DNA from: a virus
Length of the DNA stretch: 64,000 nt
Reading direction: 5' to 3' (one strand)
Virus record (IMG/VR): IMGVR_UViG_3300025405_000011
Coordinates: 1-64,000 of that record
A program made the position numbers and the translations under genes. A model generated the notes under the pieces. The model was not told the DNA's origin, did not search any database, and saw only the letters and a list, made by a program, of their open reading frames with translations. Below, in pieces: positions 18,281-27,893 of this stretch (the stretch's first letter is position 1; each line of letters begins with the position of its first letter).

Positions 18281-19278
18281 CTAATTTCAGATAGTTCATA
18301 AACAAAACTACTTAGACTAGAAGGTACTTCAGTTAAACTTGCTGGGTCTTCTCCATCGGGAGTATCTATAACTTTTACACTAGTATAGTCACGAAGAGCG
18401 TCAATTAGATTATGAGTAGAGGCTCTACCAGGAGCATCTCCATCTGGAAAGATGGTGACTTCTGGGAAATTTCTTAGTAGTTCTAGTTGAGGCTTAGATA
18501 CTTTAGCTCCAAAAGTAGCAACTACATTGGTTATACCTCTACTCTTTAGCACTAGTACACTCATAGGACTCTCTACTACATAGACTGGTTTATTCTTTGA
18601 AACATTATCGTAGTTGTAGAGTCCATATTGTCTAGGAAAGCTCTTGGAGTTTTTATACTTAGCAATTCCTTCTATGTTCTTTATTTTTCGAGCCACCCAA
18701 CCTACAAGTCGTCCGTTCATAAAGTGAGGAAGTACCACTCGATCACAGTTTACGATTACTTCATTACCATTGACTCGAGCAATCTCTCTACGTCCACTAT
18801 CGAGTCCAGTCTTCATTTCTTTCTGTACTTCTACACTTACTCCACGTTCAGTGAGATAGTCAGTGGGTTGAGTCCATCGTTCCAAGATCTTTTCATTATA
18901 CTTGGGTATATCTACACGTTGCTCTTTTTCATCATCGAATAGTTTACCCAATCGTTCCATAAATTGCTCTACAGGCATATGCTTTAATCCAGTGGCATAG
19001 TTCTGGAGTTCGGCAATAGCATCATCTCGAGAAATATCCATACAGTTCTGCACTAACCAGATAATACTTCCACCACCACAAGTAAAGCAATTAAAAAGTA
19101 AACTCTCTCTATTTAAACTTGCACTAGGGTTACTGTCTCCATTTTTATGCATACCAAATGGAAGTTTACAAGAGTGTATTAGTTCTGTATCGTTCTCAAT
19201 AATTTCATGAGCCCCAATAAGGTCTCTTAAAACTCCTTCGGCATCTAGTCCTTGGAAGATCTCACTAAGTTTATTCAT
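18277..19278 (-). CDS. dnaG: DNA primase
   Basis: C...H...CFTC Zn finger, YLTERG, AKYKNS, Toprim VVES and PDGDAPG. Confidence 0.9.
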   Translation of the reverse strand: MNKLSEIFQGLDAEGVLRDLIGAHEIIENDTELIHSCKLPFGMHKNGDSNPSASLNRESLLFNCFTCGGGSIIWLVQNCMDISRDDAIAELQNYATGLKHMPVEQFMERLGKLFDDEKEQRVDIPKYNEKILERWTQPTDYLTERGVSVEVQKEMKTGLDSGRREIARVNGNEVIVNCDRVVLPHFMNGRLVGWVARKIKNIEGIAKYKNSKSFPRQYGLYNYDNVSKNKPVYVVESPMSVLVLKSRGITNVVATFGAKVSKPQLELLRNFPEVTIFPDGDAPGRASTHNLIDALRDYTSVKVIDTPDGEDPASLTEVPSSLSSFVYELSEIS

Positions 19279-19520
19279 TATTTTTGATCGTAACTTTCCA
19301 TATGTATGTCTCTATAGTAACCTTCTAGTGCTCTATAGTCATTTAACTTTAATAGAGAGACCTTATCGTTTTCAAGAAGTTCTAGTGCTTGTTGACAGGC
19401 CTTAGTGTAGCCTTTATGCCAGCTCTTCTTACGAAACTCCCACCATCGAGGGACATACTGAGAGTTAAGTTCAAGCCAGTTTTTTAAGTTCTCTATGTGT
19501 CTATCTAGGGCTAGGGACAT
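19278..19520 (-). CDS. Hypothetical protein
   Basis: Packed ORF. Confidence 0.55.
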   Translation of the reverse strand: MSLALDRHIENLKNWLELNSQYVPRWWEFRKKSWHKGYTKACQQALELLENDKVSLLKLNDYRALEGYYRDIHMESYDQK

Positions 19521-19701
19521 TGCTTACACTCCATATATGTGTAGGGTTTCCATTGGGATCAAGAGCATAATGAGACTCTCTTTCTCTTTCTAGAACATGA
19601 AACTCATCTAGACCACAAACTACTACTTCTTTTCTATTTTCATCATAGTAGGCACTAGTGCACTTGATCATCATTAGACTCCAAGATATACTTTTCAACA
19701 A
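19501..19701 (-). CDS. Hypothetical protein
   Basis: Packed ORF; the start is likely the internal MIKC. Confidence 0.45.
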   Translation of the reverse strand: MLKSISWSLMMIKCTSAYYDENRKEVVVCGLDEFHVLERERESHYALDPNGNPTHIWSVSNVPSPR

Positions 19702-19933
19702 ACTTTTCTAGAGCATAGTTGACATACTGTTCGAGACTCATACCCTTTTCTTCAGCTGCACTAAGTATCTGTTTAAGTTCAGCATCAGAGAAGTCTAGTT
19801 CTACTTCAACCATGTTAGGATCAATAAGTTTTCCATCAGAGTGATATAGATTTTTTTGTCTATTGATTTCAGTTAGCTCTTCATTGCTCATATCTGCCAT
19901 CTCCTCTGCAGTAAAGTCATTATTCTTCGTCAT
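19655..19933 (-). CDS. Ribbon-helix-helix-like small protein
   Basis: VELDFS...AAEEKGMSLEQYVNYAL resembles an RHH/CopG fold. Confidence 0.5.
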   Translation of the reverse strand: MTKNNDFTAEEMADMSNEELTEINRQKNLYHSDGKLIDPNMVEVELDFSDAELKQILSAAEEKGMSLEQYVNYALEKFVEKYILESNDDQVH

Positions 19934-21194
19934 ACTCTCTCACAATCTTTAGACTAGTCTGTTCTCTTAATTCAAAACTCATCATATAGCTCTTGAGATC
20001 ACTTCTACGACTCTTAAGTATATCTAGAACCAAGGCCTCTTGCTGTTTCATTTCTTTAGTAGCACCAATACCAAAAGCCCAGTCTACAATCTGCTCAATT
20101 TGACTAGTTAGTCCAATCTGGGCAAGACCTCCACGACCTTTTTTACTCTTGGTTGCTTCTCGGTTAAATTGGGCTAGCCATACACTAGCCATACCCATCT
20201 CTCGATTGATACTGGCTACATCAGTGATCACTTCAGCCATCTGTAGGGTTTGAAAGTTACTATTAGTACCATAGTTCTTTTCAGTAGTAATCCAACTCAA
20301 CTGGTCACCGACCATTAGATCAGCCCCCCAGTGTTTGGCCTTCGAGTAAAGTTCGATTACTGTTCGTTCACTCTTACGACTAGGACTATCGATTAGAAGG
20401 TATTCACCAAACTCCATAACCTCTTCTCGTGCCTCTTTTAGTCTTTTAAGTTCGTTAGGGGTAAGCTGTCCTCGTTCATATCTCGTATATGGTACACCGG
20501 ATACAAGGCAGTCTAGTCTCATAAGAGTTAGTTCTTTTCTTAGTTCTAGAGAAGCAAAATAAACCTTTTGCTTTCTTCTAGCAGCCTCAAGAGCAATAAC
20601 ACTACCAATCCAACTCTTACCTACGTTAGGAATACCGACCACTACAGCCAGTTCACCTTTTTGGATACCATACATCTGTTCATTAAGTTCATCCCACCCA
20701 AAGTAGATGCCTCGTTTTTCATGAGCCTTACTCAGAGAGTTTTCGATGTACTCATTGCTTCTACGATCATAACCCTCACCATAGATTTCGATTCGTTCAC
20801 GAGTAGAAGTATCATTCTGGATTTGAGTAAGACTGTTAAGAGCCAAACTAATACCGGCCTCAGGATCTTTTTCTAGTTCACTTGCAGCCTTTAGTAGAAC
20901 ATTTTGAGTAGTACTTCTACGATACTTGGTCATTAGTTCATCAACTAGAACAATGGGTAGATACTCTTCTTCTGGCCATTCATTCTTAACAAAGTAGTCA
21001 GCAAACTTGGTCTCTAGAAAATCTCTATCAACCGTCTGTCTAAACTCACTCTTTAGATAGTAATCAAGAGTATATTCGAATAGTTCACGAACTCCAGCAT
21101 CAAAGAAGTGTTCGGGCCTTACTCCTTTATCCCAAATAATCTTAATATTCTCTAACTTTACGAAATGAGGTACAAAACTCTTTTCAATGTCCAC
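19920..21194 (-). CDS. dnaB: DnaB-like replicative helicase
   Basis: GIPNVGKS, SLE, VGDQ, AQFNR, IEQ-x-x-D, KSR. Confidence 0.92.
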   Translation of the reverse strand: MDIEKSFVPHFVKLENIKIIWDKGVRPEHFFDAGVRELFEYTLDYYLKSEFRQTVDRDFLETKFADYFVKNEWPEEEYLPIVLVDELMTKYRRSTTQNVLLKAASELEKDPEAGISLALNSLTQIQNDTSTRERIEIYGEGYDRRSNEYIENSLSKAHEKRGIYFGWDELNEQMYGIQKGELAVVVGIPNVGKSWIGSVIALEAARRKQKVYFASLELRKELTLMRLDCLVSGVPYTRYERGQLTPNELKRLKEAREEVMEFGEYLLIDSPSRKSERTVIELYSKAKHWGADLMVGDQLSWITTEKNYGTNSNFQTLQMAEVITDVASINREMGMASVWLAQFNREATKSKKGRGGLAQIGLTSQIEQIVDWAFGIGATKEMKQQEALVLDILKSRRSDLKSYMMSFELREQTSLKIVREYDEE

Positions 21195-21994
21195 TAGTAA
21201 ATCTTCCTCTGCTTACCTTCACTAATCTCGGACAAGGTTCTATCACGAGCATGTTCTCTAAAGTCATCTCCTACCATATGGTGGATAATAACTCGTTCCT
21301 TCAATAGACTAAATATAGCAGATCCATAGCCGGTATTCAACTCCTCTATGCTCATATTAGTGGTCATAAAGGTTGGACGATTATCTAATGCTCTTTGACG
21401 AAGAACATGGTCAAAGGTTGCTTCAGAGAGATTGTTTTTACTTCGGAATTCTTTTCCAACATCATCGAGAAAGAAAATATCACTCTTAACCACTTTAGAC
21501 TCAAATCTAGCTTTTTCTTCATTGCTACCCCATCCTCGAGTAAACTCATCTACCATTTGAGTAAAAGTAGCAAAGTAAACTGTATATCCAAGTTTAACTA
21601 GTTCTTTGGCCATAAGTGCAGTTAGTAGAGTTTTACCCGTACCCCAACTGCCATGATAGAGTAGACCCATGCCACCCTTAACCATTTGTTCGTGTCTACC
21701 CAAGTAAAGTTGAGCAGTTGCTAGAGCATTATCGTCACCCTTAAAGTCATCCCAGTTTAATCTTTGGTAGTTAAGTCCAATACCGGCATTGAGATAGTGC
21801 TTATAGAGCTGCAACTGTACCTTACACTCTCCACAACTACGATCACTACAACTAGGACAACCACTCTTGTTAATCTTTTCAAATTGAGGGTTTTTGATCT
21901 CTAGGTAGTCGGTCTCTTCATCTTTAAGAAACTTATACTTTAAGTCCACATAATCTTTGGCCCAATTAAAGGGCGAGTCGATTGAGGAAGTCAT
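21194..21994 (-). CDS. dnaC: DnaC/IstB-like helicase loader ATPase
   Basis: GSWGTGKT, FLDDVGKE, TTN, GDDFR and an N-terminal Cys cluster. Confidence 0.88.
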   Translation of the reverse strand: MTSSIDSPFNWAKDYVDLKYKFLKDEETDYLEIKNPQFEKINKSGCPSCSDRSCGECKVQLQLYKHYLNAGIGLNYQRLNWDDFKGDDNALATAQLYLGRHEQMVKGGMGLLYHGSWGTGKTLLTALMAKELVKLGYTVYFATFTQMVDEFTRGWGSNEEKARFESKVVKSDIFFLDDVGKEFRSKNNLSEATFDHVLRQRALDNRPTFMTTNMSIEELNTGYGSAIFSLLKERVIIHHMVGDDFREHARDRTLSEISEGKQRKIY

Positions 21995-22433
21995 TAGAAT
22001 CCATTAACCCTTCTACGCTAACTTTCGGTTCACTTTGCTTAATTATATCTTGTCTAAGCTCTATATACAACTTGTCTTGAATCCATTTACTACCTTTACT
22101 AAAAGCAGTAACGGTCATTACTTGTCCATTGAGTAGACAATTGTATTTGTCAAATAATAAAGCAATCATAGGACCAGCATCTAGTCCATATCGTTCTTTA
22201 AAACTCTTCATAATAGCGATCTCTTTTTCCCAGGATACTACATATTCATATCCTTGTGCTTCTTTAAATCTATTAGCAAAATAGACAAGAAGGTCTTTGG
22301 GTTTGGCTTCGGACAGATCTATAGAAGCATTAAAGCCTTCTTTTACAGACTCAACTGCTACTACTATTTCGTCATAACTGTCATTGTCGTAATCCTGTAA
22401 AGGAGTACTAGCGGGTTTCTTTTCTATTGTCAT
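21966..22433 (-). CDS. Hypothetical protein (possible replication initiator partner)
   Basis: Coupled upstream of dnaC-dnaB. Confidence 0.55.
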   Translation of the reverse strand: MTIEKKPASTPLQDYDNDSYDEIVVAVESVKEGFNASIDLSEAKPKDLLVYFANRFKEAQGYEYVVSWEKEIAIMKSFKERYGLDAGPMIALLFDKYNCLLNGQVMTVTAFSKGSKWIQDKLYIELRQDIIKQSEPKVSVEGLMDSNDFLNRLAL

Positions 22434-22800
22434 TCTTATATCCTCTTACTGTAAGAAACTTTTCACTAACATCAGAGAAGGTATGGATTTTTTTATTAAT
22501 CCATTCTCTAATGTCTTCATCTAGGTCATGTATACTTCTACCGTTAGAACCAATGGCCGAAATCTTGTCTTTACCGATCAAGATAAAACGCCATTGAATT
22601 GTAGGGTTATCTTTATTGGTCTCTTCGTGTCCGTAGAGTTGTACCCATCGGTTATCTAACCCACAGATAAAACCTTCATAGACGAAGCTATCACTATAGA
22701 TCTGTACTTCTTGTTTTCTACTAGCAATAATAGCCAAGTTTCTTTCGAACATGACTTCTTCACTTTGTGCTAACTTTTCTATTTTGTCCATTACGACCAC
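22408..22800 (-). CDS. Hypothetical protein, possible Sm/LSm-like fold
   Basis: KQEVQIY...YEGFICGLD...V-x-L...ISAI pattern. Confidence 0.45.
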   Translation of the reverse strand: MVVMDKIEKLAQSEEVMFERNLAIIASRKQEVQIYSDSFVYEGFICGLDNRWVQLYGHEETNKDNPTIQWRFILIGKDKISAIGSNGRSIHDLDEDIREWINKKIHTFSDVSEKFLTVRGYKNDNRKETR

Positions 22801-23351
22801 TCCATTGGGGAACTAGTTCCTTGATAAAAACCATTATACATCTTTGAACTACTTGCATTGAAGAACAACATCTGGGCAATACTAGAACCTACTTCGATAT
22901 AGCTCTCGGCTTGTACTGAGACCATCATACCACATGCTCCTTGATACCCACTATCGAATAGACCATTTTCTCCACTACACCCACTCTTGGCCATGGTACT
23001 TCTAACCAGAGTAAGTCCACAAATATTACCGGGTAGGTCTAGCTTAGCACTAAACTCTATCTGGTATCTCTGTCCGGGTTCTAAACGGTACATGTCTACA
23101 CTATTTTTAAGCTCTACATCTACAGGGTAGCTAAAAGCTCTAAGAGGAGAGTATTCTGGCAGTTGCCTTTGATTTTCTTTATTGGCAAACAATACCAGGG
23201 GCCCATTGATAGTATAGACATTTTCTACTCTTAAGTCAATACTATTCGGTTGGATATCTTCTTCATCTACTCCGGTAATAAAACCAAAGTCTACGATATC
23301 CTTAGGGTTAACAATACCGTTCATTATCGTCCTGATACTGCCCTTAGCCAC
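22791..23351 (-). CDS. dcd: dCTP deaminase/dUTPase family protein
   Basis: QPNSIDLRV, RSTMAKSG, FDSGYQG, IAQMLF. Confidence 0.85.
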   Translation of the reverse strand: MAKGSIRTIMNGIVNPKDIVDFGFITGVDEEDIQPNSIDLRVENVYTINGPLVLFANKENQRQLPEYSPLRAFSYPVDVELKNSVDMYRLEPGQRYQIEFSAKLDLPGNICGLTLVRSTMAKSGCSGENGLFDSGYQGACGMMVSVQAESYIEVGSSIAQMLFFNASSSKMYNGFYQGTSSPMEWS

Positions 23352-23887
23352 TCGTCCTTAACAGAAGGTTCTACGAAGTTACCACGAAGTGTACTGGTCA
23401 CTGTACTAGTTCCCGGCTTCTGTACTCCTCGCATGGCCATACAAAGATGCTCGGCCGAAATATAGACTCCTACACCTTGAGGTTGTAGTCCACAATCGTA
23501 GAGAGTGTCAGCAATCTGACTTCCTAGTCTCTCTTGTACTTGGAGTCTTTTGCTATAAGCATCAAGTACCCGAGCCAATTTACTGAGCCCAACAACACGA
23601 CCGCCCTTAGGGATATACCCAATAGTAGCAGTACCAAAGAAAGGAGCAAGGTGGTGCTCACAAAGGCTATAGAACGGGATGTCACGGACGATAACCATTT
23701 CATTTGAACCTTCTTTAAAGATAGCTTTTTCTACAAGAGCTTGAGGGTCAATATTATAACCAGCAGTCAACTCTTGATACATTTCTGATACTCTACGAGG
23801 AGTGTCCAATAGACCTTCACGCTCTGTATCTTCTCCCATTGAGGCCAGGAGTGCCTTTACTGCTACTTTACCTTCATCTAGGTACAT
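23324..23887 (-). CDS. folE: GTP cyclohydrolase I
   Basis: REGLLDTPRRV, SLCEHHLAPF, GLSKLAR, RLQVQER, HLCMAMRGV. Confidence 0.97.
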   Translation of the reverse strand: MYLDEGKVAVKALLASMGEDTEREGLLDTPRRVSEMYQELTAGYNIDPQALVEKAIFKEGSNEMVIVRDIPFYSLCEHHLAPFFGTATIGYIPKGGRVVGLSKLARVLDAYSKRLQVQERLGSQIADTLYDCGLQPQGVGVYISAEHLCMAMRGVQKPGTSTVTSTLRGNFVEPSVKDEWLRAVSGR

Positions 23888-23892
23888 AATAC

Positions 23893-24021
23893 TTACTCTT
23901 CTTTCTTTTCTTTTTTAGATATATAAAATTCTGCATTACAAAAATCACAAGTGATTAGTTCTTTGGGTTCTACTGCCCTAGAGGCTTTACTAAAGTCTCC
24001 GGTACACTCACTACACCTCAC
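23893..24021 (-). CDS. 42-aa Zn-ribbon microprotein between queE and folE (LysW-like spacing)
   Basis: GTG start overlapping the queE stop: MRCSECTGDFSKASRAVEPKELITCDFCNAEFYISKKEKKEE. Confidence 0.55.
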   Translation of the reverse strand: MRCSECTGDFSKASRAVEPKELITCDFCNAEFYISKKEKKEE

Positions 24022-24731
24022 TAGCGTGCACGTTCATTAGCAGGCCAGATATAGTTGTGTACTTGTACATTTAGACTCCAAGGGAGCTTGTTCTCTAGAA
24101 TTAGTTCTACTAGTTCACTAGTAGGAAACACATCCCAAGCACTACCAGCCCAGAATCGAACTCCCGGCTTGACTTCATCCTTGAGACTATTCCATACTTC
24201 AATGGCTAGTTCAAAGTCGTGTCTGTCTTTACAGACAAACTTAATACCACTACCACTACGAAGATTGAGAGCATTAGTTCTACGATTTTCTAGTTTAGTG
24301 TCCCCTTCACCAGAACCCAATAGTTTCCAGTCCATCATAAAGTTAACAGTTCTAAGAACATTCTCACTATAGATAAAACTACCATTAGAAAAACTCTCTA
24401 CTTCAAATCCTTCACTGACCAATAGCACAATGAGTTCTTCCATTTTACTATTGGGCTGTAGAAAGGGTTCTCCTCCAGTTAAACAGATATTATTGGCTCC
24501 AGTTTCTTCTCTCTTGTCTTTGCAGTCTTTGAGAAGTTCTTCTGGAGTACGCTTGTAACTACCACCTTCTGCTCCCCAGATCTTAGGATCTACAGCAAAA
24601 GGAGTATCACAAGGCCAGCCAGCACAAGTCATATTACAACCGGCAAATCTTACAAAGTGTGTAGGAATTCCGGTTCTAGGACCTTCACCCTGGGTACTAA
24701 CATAATGTTCTACTAATCTTAGATCAGCCAT
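24021..24731 (-). CDS. queE: 7-carboxy-7-deazaguanine synthase (radical SAM)
   Basis: STQGEG, FVRFAGCNMTCAGWPCDT, LTGGEPFLQ, NVQVHNYIW. Confidence 0.93.
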   Translation of the reverse strand: MADLRLVEHYVSTQGEGPRTGIPTHFVRFAGCNMTCAGWPCDTPFAVDPKIWGAEGGSYKRTPEELLKDCKDKREETGANNICLTGGEPFLQPNSKMEELIVLLVSEGFEVESFSNGSFIYSENVLRTVNFMMDWKLLGSGEGDTKLENRRTNALNLRSGSGIKFVCKDRHDFELAIEVWNSLKDEVKPGVRFWAGSAWDVFPTSELVELILENKLPWSLNVQVHNYIWPANERAR

Positions 24732-24831
24732 TTTCTTCTTCCTCTTCTACTTTCTCAGTAGTTGGTAGGTCATCTGCCATCTTTAACTTATCGTTAAACC
24801 AGCCAGTATCTTCGTTACCGATTCGTTCCAT
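24724..24831 (-). CDS. Small acidic hypothetical protein (35 aa)
   Basis: Manual translation MERIGNEDTGWF...; fills the gap. Confidence 0.4.
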   Translation of the reverse strand: MERIGNEDTGWFNDKLKMADDLPTTEKVEEEEENG

Positions 24832-24833
24832 AG

Positions 24834-25025
24834 TTACTTCTTTTTACCACAGGTGCATTCACCACAACCACAAGCCTGTTGCTTTTTAGAGATTCTCTTG
24901 ACCTGCTCTGGAGCCACTGTCTTCTGGTAGATACCATTCTTTACACCTTGGCTAAACATATGAATAAAAGCTCCAACACCCATAAAGAATAGTGCTGGTA
25001 GAATTAGTACTAATACTATATGCAT
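24834..25025 (-). CDS. Small membrane protein with a Cys-rich tail
   Basis: N-terminal TM segment and CGCGECTC. Confidence 0.55.
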   Translation of the reverse strand: MHIVLVLILPALFFMGVGAFIHMFSQGVKNGIYQKTVAPEQVKRISKKQQACGCGECTCGKKK

Positions 25026-25237
25026 TATTGTTCCTCTTTCTTAGGAGCAGCCTTCTTCTTAGGTGCTGCTTTCTTTGCTACTGACTTTTTAGTAGTATGA
25101 CTAACTTTAGCTGGTTTATTGTCTAGAGTCTTTGGTGCCTCATCTCCCATTGGAAGTGGAAGGTCTGGAATACCAGGCCCATTATTACCACCAAAAGTTC
25201 CTTGTAACCAATTTAAAAAATTCTTTCCTGCACCCAT
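25025..25237 (-). CDS. Small basic (KKAAPK-repeat) protein
   Basis: Histone H1-like tail. Confidence 0.55.
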   Translation of the reverse strand: MGAGKNFLNWLQGTFGGNNGPGIPDLPLPMGDEAPKTLDNKPAKVSHTTKKSVAKKAAPKKKAAPKKEEQ

Positions 25238-25239
25238 TA

Positions 25240-25695
25240 CTATACTCCTCTACAATAGGCCACCGATGTAGGCGTCTCCCACACGGCTACTTCATACAAC
25301 TTAAGATCGTTACCAAATTCTACCTCAATGTCGTTCTCAATCTGCTCCCAACCCCAACGAGCAATATTTTCTGCTGTAGGGATGTAGGGAAATACAATAT
25401 AGTTCCAGTCTTGCTCTTGGGAGATAGTTTCCATCATACTACGAACTATATCGTCATTTTGCCAAACAGCAAACCCATGATCTAGGACATCATGAATTCT
25501 ATTGTTCATAATTGTCTTAAGATTACCAAAGTCAATAAGCATTCCATGATCAGGACGGCTAGGGTCATCAATTATATCTCCTTCACAGGTTACTCGAACT
25601 TTATAACGGTGACCGTGTGGGTTTCGACATTTACTACCATGAGTACTAACACGGTGTCCTAGATCAAATTCGATTTCTTTACTAATAAGATTCAT
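25240..25695 (-). CDS. queD: 6-carboxy-5,6,7,8-tetrahydropterin synthase
   Basis: H-R...KC-x-N-x-HGH-x-Y, DFG, LDH, PTAENIA, WETPTS. Confidence 0.93.
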   Translation of the reverse strand: MNLISKEIEFDLGHRVSTHGSKCRNPHGHRYKVRVTCEGDIIDDPSRPDHGMLIDFGNLKTIMNNRIHDVLDHGFAVWQNDDIVRSMMETISQEQDWNYIVFPYIPTAENIARWGWEQIENDIEVEFGNDLKLYEVAVWETPTSVAYCRGV

Positions 25696-25716
25696 TCTTA
25701 CTCCTAACTAATATTA

Positions 25717-25745
25717 ATTATAGTGCTTTTATTCTTCGGGAACAA
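25717..25745 (-). promoter_or_regulatory. Promoter for the queD-queE-folE-dcd unit
   Basis: TTGTTC-N17-TATAAT, then an AGGAG SD. Confidence 0.6.
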
Positions 25746-25944
25746 CTGTTTTAAGTTTTTCTTCCCATTGCCATTGCTCAATCCAACTCTCAACAATTCC
25801 ATAGGCATGATACCGTCCTAGTTCATAGTTTAAGGGTGCATCTGAGTCATCTACATGTGGAGCAAATGCTCGTATATTATTCTTGGCTCCTGTTAATCGA
25901 AAGATCAACATCTCTACTAGATCCTGCACACTAGTCCTTTCCAA
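25729..25944 (-). CDS. Hypothetical protein
   Basis: Packed ORF. Confidence 0.55.
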   Translation of the reverse strand: MERTSVQDLVEMLIFRLTGAKNNIRAFAPHVDDSDAPLNYELGRYHAYGIVESWIEQWQWEEKLKTVVPEE

Positions 25945-26677
25945 ATCCCTTAAAAATCTTTTTAGTTCTAAACCCAGTTTGATATAGTCTTAGAGTTTTA
26001 GGCTTTTCTGGTTTACCCTTATACTTCCACTCAAAACGATGAAATTTACGAGCACCGATAACTCCTTCACGAAGTCCCCAGCGATGTCTTTTAAACGGGA
26101 TGGCTTGTATAATTGGAGTACCTTTGGGTATAGTGCCTGTCCAACCTTTCTTTAAGACAAATGGGAAATTGACACTCATGGCATTAAAACGATCAGTGTC
26201 CACTATTCCTGGAAGGCAGTAGAAGGGTAGTTCATGTCTATGTAGAGGGTTAACCCATAGAATACTATAACCACGAGGAGCTGCTAATATATAGTCACAG
26301 TTCCATTTATGGATGGCTTCATCATAACCCTCTGGAATGGGGTAGTCAGGAATCTGCATTAAATCATGTCCACTAACTAGACTAGGAGTACAGGTAAAGC
26401 TAGTGTTATCCTCAGTTCGAGTAACAACAACATCTTCAGCAAGTGTTATAACATAGCCTACTGTTAGTGTATCCAATACCGGCATACAGAACTTTACAGT
26501 AGGTATAGACTTTCCATCATCATAGGTACCTACTGTACCATCTCCACCCCATAGTGGCATATCCCGCATCCATTTGGGCATTACTCTTAGAACAGGTTTT
26601 ACGTTCTCGATGTTGGGCTGTATACCTGGAGTCTGTCTCTTAAAGTTATGACTCATACTTACACGTATATGTTTCAT
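25931..26677 (-). CDS. Conserved phage protein (K-x-CMP...GY...G-T-P-x-x-Q-x-IPF-x-R family); paralog of 41094..41828
   Basis: Shared motifs with the ORF at 41094..41828. Confidence 0.65.
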   Translation of the reverse strand: MKHIRVSMSHNFKRQTPGIQPNIENVKPVLRVMPKWMRDMPLWGGDGTVGTYDDGKSIPTVKFCMPVLDTLTVGYVITLAEDVVVTRTEDNTSFTCTPSLVSGHDLMQIPDYPIPEGYDEAIHKWNCDYILAAPRGYSILWVNPLHRHELPFYCLPGIVDTDRFNAMSVNFPFVLKKGWTGTIPKGTPIIQAIPFKRHRWGLREGVIGARKFHRFEWKYKGKPEKPKTLRLYQTGFRTKKIFKGFGKD

Positions 26678-26678
26678 A

Positions 26679-27893
26679 CTAGTTTTCCTCTACTGCTGCT
26701 CTTACACGCAAGAAAGCTGCAACTAGATCTCCACTCGGAGAGTTTAGAGCAGCATATAGTCTTACAACATTGGCTCCGTATAGTACACGTCCGGTAAATA
26801 CTTTATTGTTCCAAATTCTCTGTACTAGTCCATCAATCTCTACATCAGTATCGGTATTGATCTTCATACCGAGCATAAGTCCCAATCCATGTAGACTAGC
26901 TTCAGTGCAGCCTTGAAAAGCATGTCGTGCCTGTTCACCACGAGACCTTACCTGAGCCAAAAACACTGGGTCACTAGTGGCTCGAAACATAGCATACCCA
27001 GCGGCAACACTAACAGGATTTCCTCCAAAGGTGCTCAAGTGAGTAAAGGGATTGTCTACGCTCATAGAGTTCCATCGTTCACCACTAGACAAAACTGCTC
27101 CTAGAGGATATCCACCACCAAGAGCCTTACCTAGTGTAACTATATCTGGGTGTACATCTTGATACTGATCTAGTACAAACTGAGTACCAGTTCTACCAAA
27201 ACCCGTCTGTACTTCATCAATTACCAATAGTACTCCGTGGCTCTTACACCAGTCACTAACATACTTGGCCCATTCAGGGTCAATGGGTACTACCCCAGCT
27301 TCCCCCTGTACGAGTTCCATAAAGAAAGCAGCTCGGTTTCCATATTCCTCTGGGATTTCTTCTCCCTGCTGGACCCACCGAGTAAGCTCCGGACTAACCA
27401 TATGAGCGAAAGGCTCACGATAAGTTGGCTTATAAGTGAGACTAAGACTACCGAGACTACGACCATGGAATCCATCCTTTAGTGCTATAAAACCCTGTCT
27501 CCCAGTTGAGAGAGTGGCTAACTTCATTGCTAGTTCATTTGCTTCGGTACCACTAGTACAGAACCAAGTTCTACACTCTTCGGCAATACCATTACTCATA
27601 GTTAGAGTAGAAAACCTTTCGGCAAGAGCTTCAGCATATTTCAATTGCTCTTTAATATTAAACTCACCGTAGACATTAATATGAGCATACTTCTCTACTG
27701 TCCTCTTGACTGCTTTTTGAATAGGTCCATAGTTATGACCCATATTATTAACAGCAATACCACAAGCCATATCAAACATATCACCATACTCTTTGGTATG
27801 TAGGTAGCTACCTTGTGCACCTCTAATAGTAATATCATAGGGCCAAGGATTAGTTCTCGCTAGAAAGTCCATCTTCTTCTTTCTTTTGTTCAA
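26679..27893 (-). CDS. Class III PLP aminotransferase (ArgD/LysJ-like)
   Basis: SGTEANE, FHGRS, ELVQGEAG, DEVQTGFGRTG, TLGKALGGG (PLP Lys), STFGGNP. Confidence 0.93.
   Translation of the reverse strand: MNKRKKKMDFLARTNPWPYDITIRGAQGSYLHTKEYGDMFDMACGIAVNNMGHNYGPIQKAVKRTVEKYAHINVYGEFNIKEQLKYAEALAERFSTLTMSNGIAEECRTWFCTSGTEANELAMKLATLSTGRQGFIALKDGFHGRSLGSLSLTYKPTYREPFAHMVSPELTRWVQQGEEIPEEYGNRAAFFMELVQGEAGVVPIDPEWAKYVSDWCKSHGVLLVIDEVQTGFGRTGTQFVLDQYQDVHPDIVTLGKALGGGYPLGAVLSSGERWNSMSVDNPFTHLSTFGGNPVSVAAGYAMFRATSDPVFLAQVRSRGEQARHAFQGCTEASLHGLGLMLGMKINTDTDVEIDGLVQRIWNNKVFTGRVLYGANVVRLYAALNSPSGDLVAAFLRVRAAVEEN

Noticed and set aside
13484-21194. Inteins or introns in dnaE and dnaB (also recA and terL)
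   Set aside because: Lengths are normal, motifs are contiguous, and no C...HN splice motifs or LAGLIDADG blocks were seen.
23324-23887. Folate biosynthesis role for folE
   Set aside because: It is co-located with queE and queD, and no other fol genes are seen.
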